Origin: a virus
Length of the DNA: 64,000 nucleotides
IMG/VR virus record: IMGVR_UViG_3300009370_001778
Coordinates: 15,625 to 79,624 of that record
Direction: 5' to 3' (one strand)
Of this stretch, positions 47,613 through 60,200 are shown in pieces. Both the position numbers and the translations under genes were made by a program. The notes under the pieces are model-generated. The model made no database searches. It had not been told where the DNA came from and was given only the letters and a program-made list of their open reading frames with translations. Within the stretch, counting starts at the first letter, position 1, and each line of letters begins with the position of its first letter.

Positions 47613-48395
47613 ATGTATGAAAATTATAGTGACGATAAGAAAAAGAAGTTCTTAGTTCGAGAGTATATTGATAACCAAAAAAGTTTTTCAGCAATAGCTA
47701 AACAGGTAGGCACATATGCTAACAAAATAAGAAGAGATGCAAAAAGGCTCGGTGTGGTGTCTAGAGATAGAAGTCAGGCTGCGAAAATAGCCCTTGAATT
47801 TGGGAGGTCAATTCATCCAACAAAAAATAAAAAAATGACCAACGAAGTTAAAAATAAAATCAGCGAAAGTCAAGGCAAGGTTTGGGACTCGCTGAGCGAA
47901 GAAGGTCGAGAAAAAAGAAGCGAGATAGGCAGGCGATCTTGGGAGAATAAGACCGAAAAAGAAAAAAGATATACCATACAAAAAGGTGCTGACGCAATTA
48001 GAGAAGCCGCCAGAACAGGGTCTAGGTTAGAAAAGTTTTTACTTTATGAGCTAACTAAGAAGAAATTCGAGGTACAATTTCATAAGGAACATTTACTTAA
48101 AAATCAAAAACTCCAGATAGACTTGTTCATTCCCAAATTACGTGTTGCCATAGAGATAGATGGCCCTTCTCACTTTAAACCCGTATGGGGTGAAGAGAAC
48201 TTAGAAAGAAACAAAAGGTCAGATCGTCAAAAGACAGGTCTGATACTCGGACAAGGATTTGTTTTAATTAGGATTAAACAAGACAAAAGAATCTCCCAAA
48301 GGTACTTTAGAGGAGTTGTTGATTCTTTGGTCGTGGAATTGGAGAAGATTAAAAAGTCTTTTCCGCAGGAAAGTAAAAGGTATATAGAGCTATGA
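47613..48395 (+). CDS. Vsr/DUF559-like endonuclease with N-terminal HTH and NUMOD3-like segments (free-standing homing-endonuclease-like)
   Basis: KSFSAIAKQVG; EVKNKISES; IDLFIP..VAIEIDGPSH...D..K. Confidence 0.75.
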   Translation: MYENYSDDKKKKFLVREYIDNQKSFSAIAKQVGTYANKIRRDAKRLGVVSRDRSQAAKIALEFGRSIHPTKNKKMTNEVKNKISESQGKVWDSLSEEGREKRSEIGRRSWENKTEKEKRYTIQKGADAIREAARTGSRLEKFLLYELTKKKFEVQFHKEHLLKNQKLQIDLFIPKLRVAIEIDGPSHFKPVWGEENLERNKRSDRQKTGLILGQGFVLIRIKQDKRISQRYFRGVVDSLVVELEKIKKSFPQESKRYIEL

Positions 48396-49138
48396 GTAAA
48401 ACTAAAAAACAAGAAGCTAGCTTCGAAGATATAGTTGAAGTTATGGAAGAAGAGAAAGTTAGTCAAGAAATTCGTGAAGACATTAAGACTCCGGCGGACG
48501 AAGAATGGAGTGAATATGTTCTAGATCAAATGCATGACAGCGAACTCAGAGATGGAAACCCTACAGTTGATGGACTAAGAAGAGTAACTGAGCGTGTTTA
48601 TGGTGAAATTGTAGCATCTACAAGTCATATCATCAACCATAATGATATCAATGGCAATTGCACTATTAAGCATACTTTATTAATCCAAAAATACTCCACA
48701 GGAACTATAATAACTGTAGATGGATGTGTGGATGTCAAACAAAAGAATGTCCCATACCCATTTAGCCAGCACATTGTGGCTACGGCTGATACTCGTGCAG
48801 AAGGCAAGGCTCTGAGACGTGCCCTTAAGCTTCGAGTTGTTACAGCTGAAGAAATGCAAAACACATCGGAAGATGACATTTTAGCTGCTGAAGAAAATAT
48901 TACCGACCAGCAGATACTAGCTATTAATCAGATGTGTAAGCGACTTGATGTAAGTTTGGTTGAAGCGGTTAAAGCCTCTTGTGCCAATGCTGAATCAATC
49001 CGAAACGTAAGCAACCTTCAAGGTAGGAACCTGTTGTCCTCTTTGTCAGAGTATCAGAGAAAGCCTAAGTCTATTCCTGATGATCTAAAAGGTTACAACA
49101 CAGAATGGCGTGAATCTTTTGATAAGGGAGATAAATAA
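48392..49138 (+). CDS. Putative Rad52/Sak-like single-strand annealing protein
   Basis: ATADTRAEGKALRRAL, TAEEM, C-terminal ITDQQ. Confidence 0.5.
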   Translation: MSKTKKQEASFEDIVEVMEEEKVSQEIREDIKTPADEEWSEYVLDQMHDSELRDGNPTVDGLRRVTERVYGEIVASTSHIINHNDINGNCTIKHTLLIQKYSTGTIITVDGCVDVKQKNVPYPFSQHIVATADTRAEGKALRRALKLRVVTAEEMQNTSEDDILAAEENITDQQILAINQMCKRLDVSLVEAVKASCANAESIRNVSNLQGRNLLSSLSEYQRKPKSIPDDLKGYNTEWRESFDKGDK

Positions 49139-49140
49139 AT

Positions 49141-49527
49141 ATGAAAGCAAGTGTCAAAGTAAATAACGAACTATCTTTCCAAGTAGAAGCTGAGACTGAA
49201 GAGAAGGTATTCAAGCAAGTTGCTAGAGTTCAGGAAATTTTTCAACATCAGTCATGTGGAAAGTGTAATTCACCCAATATTAAATTCGTGTGCCGTCACG
49301 ATAGTTCTGAAAATGATTGGTTAGAAGTAGTCTGTCAGGACTGTAGGGGAAAACTAATCTTCGGTAGAACTAAAAAAGGTGGCCAGATATACCCTAAGAT
49401 CAGATGGGATCAACTTTCTGAGAAGCAAAAAGAACAAAGGATAAATGAAAAGGGTTATGCTGATAACAATAGAGGTTATCTACCCGATAAAGGGTGGTTT
49501 ATTTATAAGCCTGTTAGCTCTTCATAG
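49141..49527 (+). CDS. Zn-ribbon hypothetical protein
   Basis: CGKC...CQDC. Confidence 0.65.
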   Translation: MKASVKVNNELSFQVEAETEEKVFKQVARVQEIFQHQSCGKCNSPNIKFVCRHDSSENDWLEVVCQDCRGKLIFGRTKKGGQIYPKIRWDQLSEKQKEQRINEKGYADNNRGYLPDKGWFIYKPVSSS

Positions 49528-49553
49528 AGCTGCTCCGGTTATCTTTTAAATAT

Positions 49554-49580
49554 AAGAGGGGGTTTATACCCCCTTTTTTT
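49554..49580. terminator. Probable bidirectional terminator at the convergence of the two transcription blocks
   Basis: aagaggggg-tttata-ccccc-tttttttt. Confidence 0.75.
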
Positions 49581-49866
49581 ATTCGCTCTCTTTTTCTTCA
49601 TGTTCTTTGAAGTAAGGCCATAGGCTATTAAGGAATTTCTTTCTTTTTCCGCAACCACACCCTTCAGAATCCACATCAAAAGCTCTTTGTATCTTTTCAG
49701 ATGTAATGCCCATCTTGTTAAGAACTCTTTCTATAGTGTCTCCCAATCCTCCTCTAGATGAAGCCGCATGCGGAACCGAAAGCTCATCTATATTTTCTTG
49801 TCTAAAATTATGAATAAGTTCGTCTGCTAGTTCTTCATCGGTAAGCTCTTCTTTTTCTTCACTCAT
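49579..49866 (-). CDS. Phage protein with GLGDTI...CGC..R...LN domain
   Basis: Motif shared with the neighbouring gene. Confidence 0.7.
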   Translation of the reverse strand: MSEEKEELTDEELADELIHNFRQENIDELSVPHAASSRGGLGDTIERVLNKMGITSEKIQRAFDVDSEGCGCGKRKKFLNSLWPYFKEHEEKESE

Positions 49867-50315
49867 TTTATATCCCCTTTAGAAAAGATTTTGTTAAGCC
49901 ATTCTTCTCTTCTGTCACACTTGCAGTCGTTTATTCCAGCAACTGTTGACATTACTTCTTTTGTTATACCAATCTTGGATAATATATTGGTTATTGTCGT
50001 TCCAAGTCCTTTCTTTTTATTTCCATCTATAGAATCTGGATTAATCCCTTCTTTATTCAACTCCTTTACAGCCTTATCAAACTTATTTTTAGAGGTCGCT
50101 CTTTTTTGAGCCTCCTCAAATCTTTTGCGACCTTCTTCACTATAGTCAGGTCTGAAAGTATGCCACCATTGATTTCTGGCAGACTGAAGAGTTTTACATT
50201 GATGTTGAATCCCCCTGTGAATAAACTGTTGATATATAGGGCAATGTCCAGCACCATCGCATATACACTCAGAAGGCCCTCCGTTTTTTTCAATCTCATC
50301 AAAATCTATTTCCAT
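49863..50315 (-). CDS. Phage protein with Cys-rich N-terminus and GLGTTI...CKC..R...LN domain
   Basis: Paralogous domain; AGGAG SD. Confidence 0.7.
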   Translation of the reverse strand: MEIDFDEIEKNGGPSECICDGAGHCPIYQQFIHRGIQHQCKTLQSARNQWWHTFRPDYSEEGRKRFEEAQKRATSKNKFDKAVKELNKEGINPDSIDGNKKKGLGTTITNILSKIGITKEVMSTVAGINDCKCDRREEWLNKIFSKGDIK

Positions 50316-50331
50316 AATATTCTCCTTTTAA

Positions 50332-51216
50332 TTAACAACATCCTCCCGGAGGTTCCGGTGTCACTATGGCCAGTACTGTAATAGGGGTTGACGTGTCAGG
50401 ATCTCCCCCTCCAGCACAGCAGTCGCAATTCCACAGAACGTCCGTTAAGTTGAACGTGACAGACCAACCCTCATTTCCTCCAAATGCTTCTGGGACACCT
50501 GATCCACATACTCCACTTTGCATAAACCAAGTTCCTATGTTCTCACTTCCGGGAGTCCCATCTTCGGGCGGAATAAAGTGCTGCTCAAAAAACCCTAGAG
50601 GTGGACATGTGCAATACTCATATGTTCCCGGCTGAGTTTGCCAGTTCCACGTAAATTGATATCTACATGCGTGGCAATCGTCGTGAAAGCCCGGAGCTTG
50701 CTTTGCTGCAGCAGGAGTGTCACAACAGCAGAGTGAAATGTTTACTACTTCTCCGTCGCATGAACCCGTTTGACATACAACTCCCTCATATGACCACTTT
50801 TCAAATTCCCAAGTGCTTAGACTCAATCTAAAATCTTCATTTGGATCTGGACAGGAAGGAGATTCAGGACATCCAGTATAAACATCAGGATGATAACAAG
50901 TTTCTCCACCTATCTCTCTCTCAGGACCATGCCCCCCTACGCCGGGACAGTAATCAGCATAGGTTGATGTATATTGATACGGGTTAACACCTGTAACTAC
51001 AGCGGGCCCCATAGTAAAACAGGTAGTCATCAGATTAGGGCAAAGCCCATGACCTGCTGGGTCTGCGAATTGAACACAAACATTACCTGTTGGAGGACAC
51101 GGGCAACAATGAGCCGGGCATCCGCCAATATCATTCTCAAGTGATGATGTACACTTACCACAACACTTGCAGCAATTGTTTCCACCTTTTGGTCCAATCT
51201 TTGTAGTTTTAACCAT
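50332..51216 (-). CDS. Very Cys-rich putative tail/fibre-associated protein
   Basis: Many CC/CxxC motifs; directly downstream of the giant repeat gene. Confidence 0.65.
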   Translation of the reverse strand: MVKTTKIGPKGGNNCCKCCGKCTSSLENDIGGCPAHCCPCPPTGNVCVQFADPAGHGLCPNLMTTCFTMGPAVVTGVNPYQYTSTYADYCPGVGGHGPEREIGGETCYHPDVYTGCPESPSCPDPNEDFRLSLSTWEFEKWSYEGVVCQTGSCDGEVVNISLCCCDTPAAAKQAPGFHDDCHACRYQFTWNWQTQPGTYEYCTCPPLGFFEQHFIPPEDGTPGSENIGTWFMQSGVCGSGVPEAFGGNEGWSVTFNLTDVLWNCDCCAGGGDPDTSTPITVLAIVTPEPPGGCC

Positions 51217-51237
51217 ATTCCTATATCCTGTTTTTAA

Positions 51238-54200
51238 TTAACAACCTTCACATTCACAGGGCCCATCATCGTCTGATACATGGGTAAACAATCCGCACGC
51301 GCTAAAGTTTAATGTTGAGTATCTAACCGTTAAGTCATCTCCTGTGCAACAAACGTCTCTTACTAACGTAACTCCAGAAGCCGCTCCTCCATGACACGGG
51401 TTCGCGGAAGATATTGTCCTTCCAGCATTAGGGTCGATGCTTATTTTAGCACCCTTTTTGTCACCACATAGCGTATCACTACTAGCTTCTAGTTTTAATC
51501 CACACCCTAACTCTATATTCTCTAAGTGGCTAAACGTCTCTGTAGACATGCTGCTAGAGGTTCCTTCACAGGTGCCACTTTGACCTTTCAATGTTAGATT
51601 GGTATAAACTATAGCATCACAGCCATTTTCTCTACCTGTAATATAAACTCCGGGACCAGCAAATATATCACAAACATTTGAAGGAGCATGAGTCCATCCA
51701 GCTAACGGCGTACAACTAGCAGTGCCTTCGCTGTTAAAATCAAAACGCTGAACCCCTGTCATGTCTATCTCTAAGAATATATCATGGGAACACATGTCCG
51801 GATAGTATTTTGAAGTTAGACCGCAGCCAAAGTTGAGTTCTGTAAAGCTTTCCCCGTCAGAGTCTGCGAGAGAGCTATAAGGAGAGACCCCTACGCAATG
51901 ACTTGAGTTCAGAACTTTCATCGGATTGGTGAGAACCTTTGTTCCACATCCAGACGATGTTAAGGAAAGACCTGTAGATACAATTAATTTACTGAACGGG
52001 GATTCAGTAACGTCCATTGGAAGACAGTCTCCGGGGCCTTCACAAGAGCCTCCATCACACCACTTTTCTCCAGATATTTTTGGACCGCTAATAAGGAAAC
52101 CGCAAGGATCACCCCCTCCGGTGCTCTCAATATTAATGCCTGTTGTAAATATAAGGTCATGGAAGAATGTTCTTGAGAAATCTAGTGCTCCATCACAACC
52201 AGAACCACTCACATACTGTGGAGCATGAATGACAGGATGACAATCTGTATTGGTTTTTTCAAATCCAGTTCCAAACGTTAGCTGTTGGAAAGGCTTGCCT
52301 CCCCAGTCTCCACCACCACCATCAAGACTACAAGAGCCAATCCCACTAACCCTAGGGCCAGAAATTATAAATGAGCAATTATCACCCTCGTTTGTGCTCT
52401 GGATAGTTGTACCAGTTGTAAAAATCAACTCATTAAAGAAAGATCTTGCAAACGTATTTTCGCAGTCACCTGATCCGCTAACATATTGAGGAGCGTGGAC
52501 GATAGGCTGGCAATCCGTTCCCCCTTCTTGAGAAAATCCTGAGCCAAAAATCAACGTATCAAAAGGAAGTCCTCCCCAATCTGAAGCTCCTGCTTGAGCA
52601 GTACAAGACTCTATACCGCTCACTTTAGGTCCAGATATTACGTATCTACAGTCATCTCCCGGAGCAGCATCTTGTATGTTAACTCCTGTTGTAAATATTA
52701 GCTCATTAAAGAATTTACGGGTAGTAAACGTATTGCAATCGCCTGAGCCGCTAACATACTGGGGTGCGTGGACGATAGGCTGGCAATCCGTTCCCCCTTC
52801 TTGATGAAGTCCTGAGCCAAACACTAGCATATTGAATGGGTTGCCGCCCCAGTTACCCGCTCCAGCTTGTGATGTGCATGATGCTAGACCGCTCACTTTA
52901 GGTCCTTCAATAAACCATGAATTGGCCTCAGCAGTATTTTCAGAAACTTTAAGCCCCGTGCTGAAAAGCATGTGGGAAGCTATTTGTTTTACTGGAGTAT
53001 TATTGGTACAGCCAGTATTGCTTATAAAGGTAGAACCTCCTCCTCCTCCAGAGCCTGATGACCAGATTTCATAACTGCAATCACCTAGCGATCTTACACC
53101 TAGCCCGCTTGTGAACGACAGGTTGTTGAAGAATGCACTACTTATCGATGTATCGCTCTCTAGTAAAGTAGTTCCCGTAGCAGATATAGTATGGTCTGCA
53201 TCAATTCCATATTCACAGTCAGCTCCAGTAACCTTTAAGCCCGATCCAAACTTCAAATGCTCATACGGCTTATCGGAAATAGAAGGAGAGTGATTACAAT
53301 AGGAATCATCAGTAATCTTGTGAGCGGATTTTATTATATAATCACAGTTAGCGCCAGTTTTCTCTACATCAATACCTGTTGAGAAGTATAACAGGTCAAA
53401 TGGAACACTATCTATTGATAAAGTATTATCACAAGTATTTTTAGATATCCTTCTTGATGAACCTATGGTAAATTCGCAATCACCATCATCTTTGACATCT
53501 ATACCAGTGCTAAAGGTTAAGAGTCTAAATAGCTGATCTGGTACGGCGGGTGAACCACAAACTTCCTCAGCCTTAATTCTATGGTCTGCATCAATAGTGA
53601 AGTCACAGCTTCCACCACTAACTTTAAGACCTGATCCAAAAATAAGAGTTTCAAAATATTGCTTATCAGATGCTACGGTTGGAGAATATGCACAATACCC
53701 AGTGTCTTTCACAAATCTTGAGACGTTAACCCCATAAGAGCAATCGGCTCCAGTAACTTGCAAGCCTGATCCAAAAGCTATGTTTGTAAAGAATGATTCT
53801 GCTGGAATCTCTGGACTATATTCACAATAGGCTATATCTGAGATGCTGTGATCCGCAACGATTCCAAATTCACATGCTGAACCTGTTGTCTTTAGGCCTG
53901 AACTGAAGTTAAGTTTTGTGTATGAGGTATAGTCTAGGAGTGTTCCTGTATGACCACAATACTCACCATCTTTAAGTTTATGTGCAGAGGATATTTTAAA
54001 TGCACAATCCCCTTCATCTGATACCTCCATACCAGTGCCGAATAGTAACTTCTTAAAGAATTGTTCAGGAATAGTCTCAGTGTCGCATTCTCCGCTGGTG
54101 GAGATATATCTTTCTACATCAATTGTAGGATTACAATCGGTTCCAGTCATCTTAAATCCAGAACCGAATATTAATGTGCCAAAGGACTTGCCTCCCCAAT

Positions 54201-57200
54201 TAGAGACTCCACAACTCCCAATACCGCTAAGTTTGGGACCTTCAATCAGCCAAGAGTTTGGAGAGTCTAGATTTTGAGTAACATCTAGGCCGGTGCTAAA
54301 TACCATATGTTGTGTTGGTTGGAAACTGGGCCCACTGGCATCACAACCACTATTTGATATATAAGAAATTGCACCTCCTGAACCGGAAGCAAACACCTCA
54401 TAAACACAGTCTCCTAAATCTTTCACCCCTAAGCCACTTGTAAAACTTAGATTCTTAAAGAATTGATTATTAACACTATCAGAGTCCGTCAAAGTAGAGC
54501 CGGTGCTACTTATAGTTATATCAGTACTTATAGAATAATTACAATCACCTGAAGAGTTTACATTAAGACCACTATTAAAGATAAGATTATTAAACAATGT
54601 TGGAGCTAGTACTTCATTCCCTACACAGCCCTCTACGTGAGAAATAGTTCTATTAGAGTCTATCTTAAACTCACAGTTAGCGCCCTCCTCTATCGTTAAA
54701 CCCGATCTTGCAGTAATCTTTTTAAAGGGCTTGTCAGTTACGGAAACCGATTCGTTACAAGTAGCCTCATCCTTCAGGAGAAGATTAACATCTAGCTTGT
54801 ATTCACAATTGCTAGCCTCTTCAATTTTCAATCCTGAACGTGCAGTGATCTTCTTAAAGTTCTTATCTGTAACTGTAACTGTGTCACCACATGTGGCCTC
54901 ATCGTTAACTTCTAGATTTACATCTAACTTGTATTCGCAGGCATCTGTAGTGATGAACCTTAAACCAGAACGAGCTGTAATCTTCTGAAATGGTTTATTA
55001 TGCATATTAACTACATCGCCACATGTAGCCTCGTCGTCCACTAGAAGATTAACATTTATATCGTATCCGCAATCATCGGATTCTTCTAAAGTCAATCCTG
55101 ACTTGAAGTTTAATTTACTAAATAATTCATAGTCTGCTACCGTAGATGTTGTAGAGCAAGTTGATTCATCTTTAACCTGAATGTCGGAACTTATAGTTCC
55201 CGTACAGCTTCCTGCACCTGCATACTTAAGGCCTGTTCCCATAACAAGAGTAGTAACATTCTCTGGGGCAACTTCGTCGTTTCCGCACACACCTGAAGAG
55301 CCAACCTTAAAGTCAGAGGAAATCTTATAGCCACAATTTCCCTCTGACCCTAAAGTAAGACCTGTTCCTATAATTAAGCTATCATAGAAACCCCCTTCTT
55401 GACCTGTATTACCACATGTAGCTGCTCCGGTAATTGTATTAGTGCTGCTAATTGTCCATTCACAACCCGTCCCAGTAACTTGCAGTCCGGAAGAGAAGTT
55501 GAGTCTATTGAAGAATGAATAGTTTGACGGCGCATCTTCTGCAGAGACTGAACCGCATGTAGGGGTAGATTTTATGCTATGATCAGCAGTAATCCTATAT
55601 GCACAACCCGAGGTTTCACCTCCTGTTCCGGTAACATCATCAACGTAAAGACCTGTTCCAAACTCTAAGTGCTGAAAAAAGGCACCTTCAAGTAATCCAG
55701 TTCCCGTATTGCCTGTATGACCACAGTATTTACCATCCGTAAGGGTCTGCTCGGCTGTAATTACGTAATTGCAACTGCCTTCACTTCGCTCGACGGCTAA
55801 CCCCTTTGAAAATAGCAAGTTTTCATAAGTTACACCTGTGAGGTCGTCCCCTGTTCCTGTTCCGCAACTTCTGTTGGAAAGGGTCTTGGTGCTAGATATG
55901 GAATACGTACATCCGCTCACGTTCTCAACAAACAATCCAGTTTTGACTAGAAGGTTATTAAAGAAGTTATAACCATAATCACCAGTTCCAGTTCCAGAAC
56001 AGATTGGATCGAAACCTATCTGATGATCGGCATGAATACTGAATGAACAGTCAGTATCACCAGTAATGACATTTAAGCCAGTCGCGAATGTAAGGTCTGT
56101 AAACCTTCGGTTTGTAATTGGTAGTCCTGTTCCAGTTTGGCAACCGCTAAGATTGGTTATCTTTATATCGGAAACTATTGCATACTTACAATCTCCTGAA
56201 CTCTCTACTCCAATTCCAGTGCTAAATAAAAGACCGCTATAGACGGCGTCTTGAATACTACCTGATTCACCACCACACTCAAAGAGACTTAGCCTTTGTA
56301 GGATAGGATCAACAGTAAAGTCACCATCACACCCAGAATTCTCCCCTGTGTTTTTAGATAAAATAAAACCCGAGCCAAAATTAAGACTCTCGAAAAATCC
56401 TCCAGTAGGCTGTGCTTCTCCCGAACAGAAGTTTCCCTGACCCGTAACTGATAAGTTAAGTTCAATTACAGCAGAATGAGTTCCACTAGGATCATTCATA
56501 AAGTTGCCTGAACCTAAACCTTCTGCGCATCCGCCAGTTCCAGTGTTGGTTCCCGACAAGCAGACAGTCGATAATGCAAGACCTTTTCCTAAGACTAAGT
56601 TTGTTACATCACATATAGATGGGAATTCATATCCTGTTCCATCAGCTGAATAGTCACCAGAACCGCTAGCCTCACAACCACTGGAAATGACGCATAGACT
56701 AGTTCCGCTAGAAGGGGAGGACAGTAAAGGATAATAGGTACACTCAACATTATCATAAAAGGCGAAGAAAGTATCCCCGCTTTCTGGAGGAGTCATTCCA
56801 GAAGGAACTGTGTATATGATACTTCCGCTTGTTAGCGGATTTCCACCGGAATCATACGTCTGAGTTAGATTTTTTATTGTAGCTCCAGCGCCGTTCTCGC
56901 CAGATCCAGTAGCTGTAGCAACACCTATTCTGAACTGGTTGGGAACAGTCCATACAGCTCTAGTCCTGTCAAACCTTAAGTCTATTGGTGCTACAGGCCA
57001 TGTCTCTTGATTTGTTAACCATCCCGTTAAAAATGTATCTTTTAATCCGGTATGTTGAAATGTGCCATCCCTAGCGTCGATTGGGTCGTCCACATAGTTA
57101 GGTATAGGTTTTCCTTCTGTATCATAACCCCACCCATGAAGTAACATAGGCCCTTTATGGGCAAGCATCCTAAAGTCTTCTGGAAAGGCATTTCCTGAAT

Positions 57201-60200
57201 GCTCATTTATGACCATGTCAATTATAGGTTTGTCTTCCGGTCTTCCGTGAGCTAAGACTCTGACATCAGTATGTAGCCCTGATGGGTCTTCTGTTGTATG
57301 TTTAGGATTGTTAGGAGAATAGAAAGGATCAAGGTAAGATATATTAGTTATAGGCTCTGTCCACTCTGCAACCGGAGGGTCCATCTGAGGGGTAGTTCCC
57401 GGAGTGCTCATACCTCCAGAACCACTGCACACTCCCACTGGAGCAGAGTATCTAGGCAGATCGGAATCACCCCCTTTAGATACAGGAACCCAGTATGCGT
57501 CCATACTAGCTGCAGCAACACCACTTTGCTTAGGAGAGTTTGTTAATTGTGATCCCTTGGCAGCTTGTGAACTAGCATTTTTCTTTCCAGCAAAGCCTCC
57601 TGAACCCGCATTTATACTGGCGGTCATAACCTCGTTTGCACCAGCCTGTATATTTTTTTTATGTTGCTGCTGGGCTTTTATACCAGCTAAAGCTCTATCC
57701 GCCTTACCTTCGGCAATTGCCATTTGCTTAGATAATTTAAGTCTATCTCTTTCTCTCCTCTGAATTTCCTGTCTGTTCTTCCCCAGTATTGACAGTCTAT
57801 TAGCGTTGTACTTAGCCATCTTACCAAAAGTGGGACTAAAGGTGCTAAGGGTATATGAAGTTGTTACCCCTTGTCCACCTATGCTAATGCTAATACTAGT
57901 AATGCTTGGGCCGAGATCACCTATCCATTGATACATTGGAAACTTTTGGAAGCTAAATGTATTACCAGCTACAGTAACACTAACAGTTTGTCCCGCTACA
58001 TTAGCAAAGGATTCAATGGAACTCTTTATTTCTTGACCAAGCCTGTGTCTAGGAGAGCCAACAAATGTTATTGAACCCTTTTCCCCTACTTGCATGTATG
58101 TAACGCCGTCTTGTGCTTGCTCTGCAGCAGCTGCATCCATCACGGTATAACCGCCAAAGTTCCAAGGAACGATGTTGTCTGCAGCTTGAAAGGCTACTGG
58201 GCCAGAAGGGCCTTGATAACCATAAGGTCCATATCTGTCCGTATTGCTTATCATCGGCACTGATGCAGCATCAGGAGTTCTTCTTTTGATACAAGCGGAA
58301 TATGCATTGTCGCCTATTTCACCGGCTTCGTTATTCTCGGCAAGAGCATTAACTACATCTTCGCCTCCGGCAACAACCTTATTTATTAAAACGAGATTGC
58401 CTTGTAAAATTGCTGGAGTTCCAGTCGCATCTTCGACTATAGAACTTAATGTAACCAATGCAGCAGGTATATCGTAATAATCAACAATCTTTTCATCAAC
58501 TGTAGCTTTTATAAATAGGTCATCATCGTATACAATAGTATCGTCGGGGCTCTTTGGGAAAGCTCCAGTAACTGCAGTGTCGAAATATGCAAATGGTAGA
58601 ACAAGCTGTTCTTTACTACTGAAGAAGTCCAGTCCTGTAGATGGGAATGGAAGAGTCAGTACATCTGCAATGCCTCTAGCAGGATAACCTCCATTAGAAG
58701 TGGGATTATCGGAGTATGTTATTTTGCCCGAGTCAGCGTCTGTTTGAAAACACACAAATGGTAATCTAACTAGAAACTGTTTACCATACAGTTCATTTGC
58801 AAAGTCGGTAATAAACTCATGAATTTTTGTTAAGTCCTTACTGGCGTCACTCGTAATATCGTTCGCTGGATCATCATTTGCAACAAGAGCATTCGGACGA
58901 ACAAAACCGTTGCCGACCGCTTGTACTGCTGGGCCATTGGGGGCTCCATTACCTTGGTTCGCTAAATGAGGATAAATTGCAATTATTAAATCGCCTAAGT
59001 CGGTTTCGGGGGCGCTCAAGGCATATTTTTTCCAAGTGTCAAATTCTCCTATTGCAGCTCTAAATTCTGTTTCAGTTATATCAACAGTGTTAGCCCCAAG
59101 AGCGTTTATGAGATTAATATTAAGAGGTCTGAGGTCTACGGTTACAGTCCACTCGTCTGTTGCCGCATCGTGAGTCGCCGCATTTAGCTTTCCTTCCGAA
59201 TCATAACCCCAGTGTTGTATGATATTGTTATTAGCTTGAGAGGTAGTATTAGGCTCACCCTGTTCATATACGGTCTGTAAATATCCACCGTACAAAAACG
59301 AAGAGGTGTTTTCGTTTCTTAGTTCTCTACCAATATCTCTTTGTGTAACATCAATGGTTGCGTTAGCAAGGTACTGATCTATAACGCCTAAGGTTGGCTG
59401 TTGTTTTCTTTTAGACGTTCTAACCTTAATAATCTTAGTTAGAGATGGTGTAATCAATAATTCTACATAATAATCACATCCGGCAATTGTGCAGACATTT
59501 GATATCATATTCATCAAAGTGTCTTGAGGGCCAGCTAATCTAAAATATTCAGGCGCAAATGGGATATCTGAAATATCTACATAATATGAAGATCCATAGC
59601 CATTTCCATTATAGTCTGCTATTACCTGAGCATCAAAATCATCTGCTGCAATAATTCCCATAGTAGGACTACCGTATATAGGGTTGTTACCTCTATATCT
59701 AGCAAAACCATAAGGAGAAAATTTGGGATTAGAAACCCCACAAAGTAACGCTTGCGTAGCGTCTCTCAGGAGATTGTATGGAGTGCCTTGATCATTATTA
59801 TTTGCACCTCCAAAAGCTCCTGCAGGAGACCCAAATGAAGCCCCATTAATAAACTGTTGGGCGCAGGGATACCCTAAACTTTCTAAGTATCCATAAGGAT
59901 TGATTAAGTTAGGTATGCTGCCGACATCATCAGCGTAGTCAGATATGATAACTGTCAGGTTTTCTAGGAGAAGCCTAGGATCAGCTATAGATACGGTATA
60001 AATTTGACCAGAAGGACTTTCTTTCAAATCCCAAGATTGTACTATGCCAGCAAACTCAAAGTCTTCAAACCTAAAGTAAACGGGAGCACCAATAGTTGGG
60101 GTTTGGAATCCGGGATCTTCTTTGGTCCAATAGGCTACAGATCCGGGTCTTGGGTAGTATACCTTTTTTGTTCCAGTAGCAGGCTTGCAGGTATCTCGTA

